Shown here piece after piece: positions 32,402-42,470 of a DNA stretch of 64,000 bases. A program made the translations under genes and the position numbers. The notes beneath the pieces were generated by a model. That model was given only the letters and a program-made list of their open reading frames with translations. It made no database searches and was not told the origin of the DNA. Source of the DNA: Macrostomum lignano (lineage: Eukaryota); NCBI GenBank assembly GCA_002269645.1, contig NIVC01000291.1:124001-188000 (forward strand). Direction: 5' to 3'. How positions within the stretch are numbered: position 1 is the first letter of the stretch; the number at the start of each line of letters is the position of its first letter.

Positions 32402-33774
32402 TCAGGTGTCCTGGACCTCCCTTGAGCTTTTCGGCGGCGTCCCCGGAGGGCTGCGGTCGTCCCTGGCACTCTGGGAGCTTCTAGGATTGGTGCCCAGTGG
32501 GCTGCTGTCTGGAAAAGATTCGCTGATGTGCCCGCTGTCCTCCGCCGGGACGAGAATCGCCACGCGGTTAGCAGCGTCGCCGCGTCGGCTGCCTGACCGA
32601 CCTGGGGTTGCGTTTGGGTGGAGCTTCTGTTGTGGGTTTTATGAGTTGCAAAAAGACTCAAACTCTCTGAAACTGAGACTCAGACTGAAGATTGAGGCCC
32701 CATACCGGAAGCCAGACCCATACCGGAAGCCAGGCCCAAACCGGAAGCCAGGCCTATACCGGAAGCCAGGCCCATACCGGAAGCCAGGCCTATACCGGAA
32801 GCTAGCCCCATACCGGAAGCCAGCCCCATACCGGAAGCCAGTCCCATACCGGAAGCCAGCCCCATACCGGAAGCCAGGCCCATACCGGAAGCCAGGCCCA
32901 TACCGGAAGCCAGCCCCATACCGGAAGCCAGTCCCATACCGGAAGCCAGCCCCATACCGGAAGCCAGTCTCATACCGGAAGCCAGCCCCATACCAGCCCC
33001 TGACAAACGCACTCTGTATATCCTGAGCGGTGCCACTTGCAGCTTCAGCTTGCGCAGCAGATGTCACTGGCTGACTTTCATTATCCTGGGCCGAATCGCG
33101 TCCGCTGTCGGCCAATCTCGGGTCAAGAATTGCAGCTTCCCGGTTCTGAGGGTGCTGATTAACTGGAAATTCAGAAAACACCATGCCGTGGCGACGGTCA
33201 CTCTCAGTTCCGTTCTGTACATCGCTTGGTTGATGCGTCTGAAACAGTATTTTGTGTTCGATTCCTGCTTCTGACTCTCGCACTGAAGTATCTTGGGGGT
33301 TCGATTCCTGCATCTGACTCTCGCACTGAAATATCTTGGGGGTTCGATTCCTGCATCTGACTCTCGCACTGAAATATCTTGGGGGTTCGATTCCTGCATC
33401 TGACTCTCGCACTGAAATATCTTGGGGGTTCGATTCCTGCATCTGACTCTCGCACTGAAGTACCCAGTGGGACAACTAAGTGGGGCGTACAGTGGGCGGT
33501 GTGCGCCCTCGCGACCGCCTGTGAGGGCAGTCAGTAAATATTTTTATTTTCACTTTAAAATGAAGTATGATCTGATTTTTCAATGAGAAATTGTGATTTT
33601 GTAATCGTAATACTTTAATTCGCCTTAATAAGTACGATCTTCGATCTTTGAAGCATTTCCAACGCCCATAGTCAATCAGCTAACGAATTGACTGCTGCAA
33701 ATATCGGCTCGGCTCAGCAGAGTCCATATAGACGCTCTCACCACTGCCTCCTCGTCGCTTTGCTCATCTGACAT
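32402..33774 (-). CDS. Predicted 152-aa acidic/Ser-rich disordered protein, 3 exons
   Basis: Exons 33742-33774 (MSDEQSDEEAV|gtgaga), 33013-33238 (ttttcag-type acceptor, THQPS...DIQ|gtgcgt) and 32402-32601 (ccccag|SRSGS...EVQDT*). All phases agree (0, then 1). No recognisable domain. Confidence 0.5.
32697..33000. repeat. 18-bp minisatellite (predicted intron)
   Basis: Unit CCATACCGGAAGCCAGCC, about 17 copies. Confidence 0.95.
33255..33460. repeat. 43-bp tandem repeat containing GGTTCGATTCC
   Basis: Unit TTCGATTCCTGCATCTGACTCTCGCACTGAAATATCTTGGGGG, about 5 copies. Confidence 0.9.
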
Positions 33775-34821
33775 GTTGACAAGGGGCAGGTGGAAATGAT
33801 GGCGTCTTGCTTGGCAGTTCAGCGTCTCGGTTGTATGGAATTACTTAGCGGCTAAAACTGATTAGCTTTTCTGTAAAAGGCTTAGAATTCAAACTGATTT
33901 TAAACTTGGAACTAGGTATATAGACCACTAAGTATATTCTAAGATATATACTCGAAAAAAGAAATTTTTTGCTTGTCAGTGGTAATTTTAGGCTGGGTAG
34001 AGAGAGGGGTGCAAGCTACCAATCGCAGTCCTTTGCTACCGGACGTACGAGGGGCAAAGTGCAGCTGCATATCTATTTTTTACATGTACGAGCGATGCAC
34101 ACTCGCTGGAAAATAACGTACGCCTTGTGACTGTGCAGACTTGCGCAGGCTGCCCAACGTCTCTCGCCATTTATGAAATACAGGGTTTTATCTTTTACAA
34201 GGTATGACAGAAAGGACTAAGCAAACTAAATTGCCAAACCCTCGAAACCAAGACAGCTTCAGCAACTCAAGAATCCTTTTAACTCTTCTTAAACTCCCAC
34301 TGGAGACTCTGCGTTATTGGTGTCGACACCCTGGCAACCAGCCTATAAGAGACTCTGGGGCCGCGTCACGAGGTGATAAAAAATTATTTCGAACTGAGAA
34401 ACGCATTGAAAATTTGAGTATTTAAACAAATTTTACATTAACTTTTTTTACATGCAACTTCCTCAACTCCGCGAAGATAACAGACTCCACTGGAGGACTC
34501 CATTCGATAACAATTTTGCGCGTGTTGCAGAAAATCAAGCAAAGTTCTCGTAGGCTATTCATTTAAGAGCACAGCACAAAATTCACGATAAATAAATAAT
34601 AAATCAAGTGAGTCGCGTGCCCTGGACTGAATTGCACCGCAAAAAGTATATTCGAATAATTTTGGTAAAGTAATTGCCGTGGCTTACTTTAGAGCAATAA
34701 GGACGTGATGGTCCAAAATCAATGGAGATTAGATAAGACCATCGTTTCTCTGAATAAAAGTCGCCTTAAACTCGAATAATTATCTAATGTAGAGATTAAT
34801 AAGCCTCTCCGTTACCCAGTC

Positions 34822-36225
34822 CAACCAGCGAGTCCCTCAGTCCTCAACCTCCAGCGAGTTCCTCAGTCCTCAGCCTCCAGCGAGTCCCTCAGTCCTCAGT
34901 CCTCAACCTCCAGCGAGTCCCTCAGTCCTCAGTCCTCAACCTCCAGCGAGTCCCTCAGTCCTCAGTCCTCAACCTCCAGCGAGTCCCTCAGTCCTCAGCC
35001 TCCAGCGAGTCCCTCAGTCCTCAGCCTCCAGCGAGTCCCTCAGTCCTCAGCCTCCAGCGAGTCCCTCAGTCCTCAGCCTCCAGCGAGTCCCTCAGTCCAC
35101 AGCCTCCAGCGAGTCCCTCAGTCCTCAGCCTCCAGCGAGTCCCTCAGTCCTCAGCCTCCAGCGAGTCCCTCAGTCCTCAGCCTCCAGCGAGTCCTCAGTC
35201 CTCAGCCTCCAGCGAGTCCCTCAGTCCCTCAGTCCTCAGCCTCCAGCGAGTCCCTCAGTCCTCAACTTCCAGCGAGTCCTTCAGTCCTCAGTCCTCAGCC
35301 TCCAGCGAGTCCCTCAGTCCTCAGCCTCCAGCGAGTCCCTCAGTCCTCAGCCTCCAGCGAGTCCCTCAGTCCTCAGCCTCCAGCGAGTCCCTCAGTCATC
35401 AACCCTCAGTCCTCAACCTCCAGCGAGTCCTTCAGTCCTCAACCTCCAGCGAGTCCCTCAGTCCTCAGTCCTCAACCTCCAGCGAGTCCTTCAGTCCTCA
35501 ACCTCCAGCGAGTCCTTCAGTCCTCAACCTCCAGCGAGTCCTTCAGTCCTCAACCTCCAGCGAGTCCCTCAGTCCTCAGCCTCCAGCGAGTCCCTCAGTC
35601 CTCAGCCTCCAGCGAGTCCCTCAGTCCTCAGCCTCCAGCGAGTCCCTCAGTCCTCAGCCTCCAGCGAGTCCCTCAGTCCTCAGCCTCCAGCGAGTCCTCA
35701 GTCCTCAGCCTCCAGCGAGTCCCTCAGTCCCTCAGTCCTCAGCCTCCAGCGAGTCCCTCAGTCCTCAACTTCCAGCGAGTCCTTCAGTCCTCAGTCCTCA
35801 GCCTCCAGCGAGTCCCTCAGTCCTCAGCCTCCAGCGAGTCCCTCAGTCCTCAGCCTCCAGCGAGTCCCTCAGTCCTCAGCCTCCAGCGAGTCCCTCAGTC
35901 CTCAGCCTCCAGCGAGTCCCTCAGTCCTCAGCCTCCAGCGAGTCCCTCAGTCCTCAGCCTCCAGCGAGTCCCTCAGTCCTCAGCCTCCAGCGAGTCCCTC
36001 AGTCATCAACCCTCAGTCCTCAACCTCCAGCGAGTCCTTCAGTCCTCAACCTCCAGCGAGTCCCTCAGTCCTCAGTCCTCAACCTCCAGCGAGTCCTTCA
36101 GTCCTCAACCTCCAGCGAGTCCTTCAGTCCTCAACCTCCAGCGAGTCCTTCAGTCCTCAACCTCCAGCGAGTCCTTTAGTCCTCAACCTCCAGCGAGTCC
36201 TTCAGTCCTCAACCTCCAGCGAATC
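34822..36225. repeat. About 26-bp minisatellite, 1.4 kb
   Basis: Unit CCTCCAGCGAGTCCCTCAGTCCTCAG with 7-bp subunit slippage. Confidence 0.95.
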
Positions 36226-36837
36226 CCTCAGTCCGATCCGCGGTGACGTGCCGCCGGCCGGGCTGTCCCGAGCGCTGCGGGGCGACCTCGGCTGGACGCC
36301 GGCCAAGTCTGGATGGGGCTCGGCCGCTTCTTCTAGCAGCTCGACCCCGCTGTCAGCGGAAGAGCGGTCCTGCGCTGCGTCGGAAACAATTCCGTATCGT
36401 CTTTCATCGGCACTTCCGGTCTGGGGCGATTGAACTCCTGGGGCGAGCTGCAAGTTCGGAGCACTGATTAGTTCAGACGGAATTCCATTGCAGACAGAGA
36501 ATGGTGGCCAGGCAAATAAGTAGGGGCTTGCAGAATAGCTTACAACCCCAAGCTTTGAGCCAAAAAAGTAGAGACTCAGTGCGTACGAACATTCGTACGA
36601 GCGTGCATAAAATTCACAGAAAAATAAGAACAGACAAACAAGCCCCAGTGGAAAGACAGGAAATACTACAGTATAAAAAGAACTGCGAACTCCCACGCCT
36701 GATGGCGAGCCTGATGTACACAGAGTGGGCATTCGCAATGTTAATATTGTAACGCAGAGTTTTTGCTCAGGACTCACAGGCAACTGCAGTCGGCGTGCGA
36801 CAGCACTCGGTCCTGACTGGGGGTTCTCCTCTGACAT
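36202..36837 (-). CDS. Predicted small disordered protein (about 101 aa), 2 exons; may instead splice onward to the 33238 exon
   Basis: Exon 36778-36837 MSEENPQSGPSAVARRLQLP|gtgagt. Exon from 36447 (ttgcag|LAPGVQSP...). The stop at 36202 lies in the first repeat unit; a possible phase-0 donor follows DSLE. Confidence 0.45.
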   Translation of the reverse strand: MSEENPQSGPSAVARRLQLPVSPEQKLCVTILTLRMPTLCTSGSPSGVGVRSSFYTVVFPVFPLGLVCLFLFFCEFYARSYECSYALSLYFFGSKLGVVSYSASPYLFAWPPFSVCNGIPSELISAPNLQLAPGVQSPQTGSADERRYGIVSDAAQDRSSADSGVELLEEAAEPHPDLAGVQPRSPRSARDSPAGGTSPRIGLRDSLEVED

Positions 36838-37649
36838 GCTCAAAAGCACAGCTTTGAGAATGCTTTTGCCTGCAAAATATGGTGTAAAATATGACATTAA
36901 AAAGACAAATAATTGAATAGGCACTAACTGAAGCGATTGGAGGTGCGAGTAAATCATGCTGGAAATCATGCTGAGTGCAAGCCTCAAGAATCTGTGTGTA
37001 AATTTGGACTGATATAATGAATGTTCACAACAGCCTGATGCAACGACTTTGGCTTCATCGGGTCTCAACTACGAGCCGTAGCGGTAGTGGTATGGCAATT
37101 CTTCCCATTCCGCTGACTTTACCTGAAACTTTACCTGTACGAACTGAAGTCTGCCGAACAATTAACTGAACTGACACATGTGCCGCTTTAATATTAAAGG
37201 CAACGCAGATGTAGCACAGTGCAAGAGTTTATATGCCTAGTATTTTAACAGGTGCGTACAGTAAGTAGTACACTGTTCGTGTCATGCACTCGCATGTCGC
37301 ACGCCCATTGGCTGTGTGCTTCGAATTCAGCGTCAACATCCTTAATTAAGAGTAAGCTAACAGTGATGCGGTAGATATCTGGGGGCGTGATGAATCATTC
37401 TATTTTTGGCGATAACATTGGCGGTAAACACTGCTACGAGGTGCACACGAAGTGAGTTCTAAAGCGTTCGAATTTCTCTGGATTTAGAAGTCAGGCAGTT
37501 ACAACAGTCGGCTCCTTTGCTCAGCACTTGCTCAGGACTCTGTAAAGCCGATGGAGCAAACCAACTTTAGCCACACTAATTGCAGTAGAAATCAACTGAT
37601 GCTCAAATCGTCGAAACTCATGCATCATTATCGAGGTAATAATCATTAA

Positions 37650-37880
37650 TTGGAGATCCCATTTATCCAGGTACAAATCTCTAATTAGGTATCCCATCAT
37701 CCAGGTAGAAATCTCTAATTAAATATCCCATCATCCAGATAAAAATCTCTAATTAAATATCCCATCATCCAGATAAAAATCTCTAATTAAATATCCCATC
37801 ATCCAGGTACAAATCTCTAATTAGGTATCCCAACATCCAGGTAAAAGTCTCTAATTAGAGATCCCCTTCATCCGGGTAAA
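37650..37880. repeat. 34-bp degenerate tandem repeat
   Basis: Unit ATCTCTAATTAAATATCCCATCATCCAGATAAAA, 6-7 copies. Confidence 0.85.
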
Positions 37881-38774
37881 AATCCGAACTATCGATCCCA
37901 TTGTGAAGTTTGCATGCGAGGCTGTGCCTTTATGCTTGTGTTTGTTATTTTATTCCTTCTATTTGGTCACGTGCTCTTTGTACATGGCTCTGTACATTTT
38001 AACCTCTGCCCCTCAGGGGTGATTCGTTTTTACTCTATTCATTATTCTATCGCTGACAATTTATAAAGTGAATGCTTTCGATAAAAAATGCCAAATATAC
38101 TTCCTTTACTTTGCCCTACATTCTCAGCCCTTACACCATTTATCCACAAATAGCTACATGTAGTTAGAGATTCCATTTATCCGGGGCACAGTGAAGATTT
38201 CGTCACTCAGGTGATCATATTTTTACGAGTATATTTTCAAATAATCGATAAAATTATTGGTGATCAGATAGTTGAATGAGTGAGCGCAGTTACTGCGAAA
38301 CCAGAACTGAAACTACCAGAGGAAGCTGGAAAGATTTCCTCGAGCTGAATTCACGTCGAAAAAGTTGCCGAAAGGTCGAAACATGGAGAAAAGTCTCAGT
38401 GGATTTCCTTTAAAAAATAAAAATAGGCACAGTCGGGTAGAAATTCAAGTCCTCATTTTGCGGGATCTAAAACGAGTAGATATGACTGAATAAATGTGAG
38501 TAGATAACTATGAAGGTCATGTTTAACACACCTTTAAATAGAATACAGTAAGTAGTTAACCGAGCATTCAAAAGTTGCAACTTATCAAAAATTTGGAGTG
38601 CTTTCATGTTAATTTGGCCACTGATGCGCGGCTTTGAGCCCCTCAATACTACTGCAAGTATTTTATAAAGCTCGTATACCGATAGCTTAAAAAGTTCGGA
38701 TAGCTTTACTTCAAACAAAAATTCAACGAAACCTAATTATCCAGACCAAGAAACGTTTACCGGTACATTATTTC

Positions 38775-39580
38775 CGCCTGCACCCGCCTCACCTGCATCA
38801 GCTCCACCTGCATCAGTTCCACCTGCACCAGCCCCACCTGCATCAGCTCCAGCTGCATCAGTTCCACCTGCACTAGCTACACCTGCATCAGCTCCACCTG
38901 CATCAGTTCCACCTGCACCAGCCCCACCTGCATCAGCTCCAGCTGCATCAGTTCCACCTGCACTAGCTACACCTGCATCAGCTCCACCTGCATCAGTTCC
39001 ACCTGCACCAGCCCCACCTGCATCAGCTCCAGCTGCATCAGTTCCACCTGCACTAGCTACACCTGCATCAGCTCCACCTGCATCAGTTCCACCTGCACCA
39101 GCCCCACCTGCATCAGCTCCAGCTGCATCAGTTCCACCTGCACTAGCTACACCTGCATCAGCTCCACCTGCATCAGTTCCACCTGCACCAGCCCCACCTG
39201 CATCAGCTCCAGCTGCATCAGTTCCACCTGCACCAGCTCCACCTGCACTAGCTCCACCTGCACCAGCTCCACCTGCACCAGCTCCACCTGCACCAGCCCC
39301 ACCTGCATCAGCTCCAGCTGCATCAGTTCCACCTGCACCAGCTCCACCTGCACTAGCTCCACCTGCACCAGCTCCACCTGCACCAGCTCCACCTGCACCA
39401 GCTCCAGCTGCATCAGTGCTACCTACACCAGCTCCAGCTGCATCAGTGCTACCTGCACCAGCTCCACCTGCATTAGTTCCACCTGCACCAGCTCCACCTG
39501 CACCAGCTCCACCTGCACCAGCTCCACCTGCACCAGCTCCACCTGCACCAGCTCCACCTGCACCAGCTCCACCTGCATCA
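38775..39580. repeat. 15-bp minisatellite with 90-bp higher-order unit, abutting the CYP stop codon
   Basis: Unit GCTCCACCTGCACCA. The ACCTGCACCAGCCCC variant recurs at 38821, 38911, 39001, 39091 and 39181. Confidence 0.95.
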
Positions 39581-41527
39581 GTCGCGAGCTTCAAACAGCA
39601 GCCGGTAGTCACCCGGCAGTCTCAAAATGCCGGCCGTGCCCCGCAGAATTTCCTGCCGCCGCTCGGCGAACCCGGCCGCCAGGCGGACGCGGAACCGCTG
39701 CAGCACGGCTGCGAACACCAGATACACCTGCATTCGAGCCAGCGACCTGCCTGCGCACGCCCGGAGACCCAGGGAGAACGGAACGTTCTTGCTGGCTCTG
39801 GCCCGGTCGAAGTTGCCCTCGGCCGTGAGGAATCGCTCCGGCAGGAACTCGTCGGGCCGGGGCCAAACGCCAGCGTCTCGCGACATTCCGTAGACGAACG
39901 GGAAGATCAGCGCGTCGCTAGGGATTCGGTAGCCCCGGAAGACGGTGCCGTCACCCACGGCCCGGTGGAACATCCCGAGAGGACTGAGCGACACCAGCCG
40001 GTAAACTTCTTCGATGACCGCGCAGGTGACGGGTAGCCGGTCTTTGTCCCGCATCAGAGGTCGCCGCTCGCGTCCGACAATTTTGTCCAGCTCTGCGTGC
40101 ACTTTGGCCTGCCAGGCCGGCTCGAAGGCGGCGTAGAGCATCAGCCACTCCAGGCTGCGCGCGGTGGTGTCCGTGCCGGCGAAGAACAGATCCATCACCA
40201 CCGAAATGATCTGACAATCAGCATTGCGTCATCACAGATGAAAGATGATCCTAATCGCAGATGTATGCTCTAAGCGCCCCACATCCAGCAATTCTGCCAA
40301 TTCCGCTGACTCCTGAGCACATGCATGTACAAGCGCGCCAGTACTGTACGCAGGCACGGTCTCATACACAGCCTCAATCTGCCAATTCCGCTGACTCCTG
40401 AGCACATGCATGTACAAGCGCGCCAGTACTGTACGCAGGCACGGTCTCATCCACACCCTCAAGCAGGGTGTACAGCGGTCCTGCCGTGACTTTCTAATCG
40501 TCAGGCATGTACACTTTCTGTGCCTTGGAGATTGGCTGTCATGTGTGTGAATCGTATGGACGTATCGGCCCAGATACCCAGGTACATGCATATTTACCTG
40601 CTGATCCTTGAATGTTTCGAAGTCCCCGCGAGCCTCCGCCCGGCTCCTTTCCTGGATGTAGACGTCGCACAGGCACTCGGGCTGGAAGGCCTCCACGTCG
40701 GCTCCCATCAGCTCCCTGCGCTGTCGAATCTGACCCCGGATGAACTCCTGGTTGGCCGCGACCAGCCGGGTGAAGTCGCTGGTGTCCGGGATGAGCCGCA
40801 CCAGCCAGTCCAGCTGGGGGAACAGAAACGACAGGCCCTGCAGCGGACGCGTGGCGAACAGGCCGCTGGCTGCCGAGCGAATGAAGTCCAGATCCGGGTC
40901 GCCACGCTTGAACTGTCGGCCGAGCGTCAGCGTGGCGATCACAGCGTTGCTGGCTTCGGAGAAAGTGTCCAGCACCTTCACTGGGCTGCCGGACTCGCTG
41001 GCCTCACGCAGGTCCGCCAGAATGTCATCCGTCTGGCTGTCGATCAACTTAGCCGAACCGTCTCTAGCGAAGCCGAAGTCCCTTAGTGTCCTCAGCGCGA
41101 GTCGCCGATGCATCTTCCACAGCGGACCTTCGCTGAACAGCAGGCCGCAGCCGCCGCTCTGCCGCTGGAAGATGGCAGCCTGGCACCTGCCCGTGTAGTT
41201 CTCATCCTGGAGCATCTCGTCCGCCATCGCCAAGTCGTTGACAATGACGAACCGCTGGGCGCCCAGCCTGTAGGAGATGAGCGGGCCGTACTGGTCGCAC
41301 AGCCGGGCAATGGACTCGTGCATCCGGGTCGGGTCCATGCTCGGCAGTGACCCCAGCACCGGCCAGCCCCGGGGTCCTGGCGGCAGCGGCGGCTCGCTTT
41401 TCTTCCGCCTGCGGACGGCCCTGAGAAGCAGCGCCACCGCTGCCGCTCCCGATGCAACGCCAGTCAGAAGGAGCAGCGGTCGGTTCTGGGCGCAGCCGAG
41501 GAGCCAGTCGCCCGCCTTCAGCAGCAT
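39578..41527 (-). CDS. Cytochrome P450 (CYP2 clan), 520 aa, 2 exons, intact
   Basis: Exons 40598-41527 and 39578-40210, with the intron at the same position as in the plus-strand paralogue. Motifs: PPGPRGWPVLGSLP, AGTDTT, EEVYR, PERF and FSLGLRACAG. Confidence 0.93.
40285..40550 (-). mobile_element. Decayed SINE-family fragment with an internal ~73-bp tandem duplication, in the CYP intron
   Basis: CTGCCAATTCCGCTGACTCCTGAGCAC..TACAAGCGCGCC..TACGCAGGCAC (twice), then GTGTACAGCGGTCC..AGGCATGTACAC, aligning by eye with 14515-14660. Confidence 0.7.
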
Positions 41528-42470
41528 TTGCCTGTTCTGTGTTCCTGAGGCCCCCGACTTCAAGTTGAAACTTTAAGAAAAGTGTTTCCACTTGGCCCCA
41601 TAATCGCATGATGTGGTTGGCGAAACGATGATGCAGAGTGCCTAAATAGTAGTTTTATACTCGTAGTACCGTGTTTAAAAGAATCGTACTCAGACCGAAC
41701 TGTTCTCAAGCCTTTCCAGAGTTCCTTGCCTGTGAGAAAGTTCAGTTTTTTTTCTGTACATTCGCTTAGATTATACAGCTGCCTGAGAGGCTTTCTTGGG
41801 TTCTCGTTCGTCTCTTGCGGACACAGCTTCAAATACACAGCTCACGCTCCAAGTACTTTTAATTGTGAAGCAAATTACTTTCGAATTCCAAGAAAACAGA
41901 AACACCTGTTTTGAGCTCAACTGTCTCTTTCAAATAATTTCTTTATTGCCTGTAGTTTTTTGACACGTACACCCAGGCACACAAACTCTGCCTCGGTCTG
42001 TGCGTTCTCTTTTGTTCTTGTCAATCACCTGGCCGGTTCAGCGGAGCGCTCGCATAGCAGAGTTTGCGCGAGAGTACATGCTGATGGGGCTGCGTCTGTG
42101 TTTCATGCAGCTTTCAGCTCAATTTCAAAAAAAGCATGCCAATTCGGGTTTTAAGTTGGAGATTTCTGAGCGCGCTGACAAACTTGGAGAAAGTTTAATT
42201 GTTCAAGAAAAGAATGCTATTTCTGTTAGCTGTCAGATCTATTTCCTGAGTGAGTCACCAATGATTCACGGCTCAATGCCAGGTGGGTTGGGCTATTCAA
42301 TTGGTTTGATTTTATTGGCTGTAATTGCAGCTTACACAGGGAGCAGTTGGCAGGCATCGTTGGCTAAGCTATCGATTTCATATTGACAGACCATAAAAGG
42401 CGACTTCAGTCTCGAGTAAACAAGAGACTTGGACCGAGCTCACTGTTCCGGTTGTTCTCAGCGCATCGAA

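Noticed and set aside
36202-37068. 288-aa single-exon ORF with hydrophobic stretches
   Set aside because: It has a non-ATG start, and the hydrophobic parts are T-rich intron-like sequence between a GTGAGT donor and a TTGCAG acceptor. The spliced model fits better.
38737-39612. Gly/Ala silk-like protein
   Set aside because: It is the 15-bp repeat read in one frame, overlapping the CYP 3' end, with no signal peptide or clear start.
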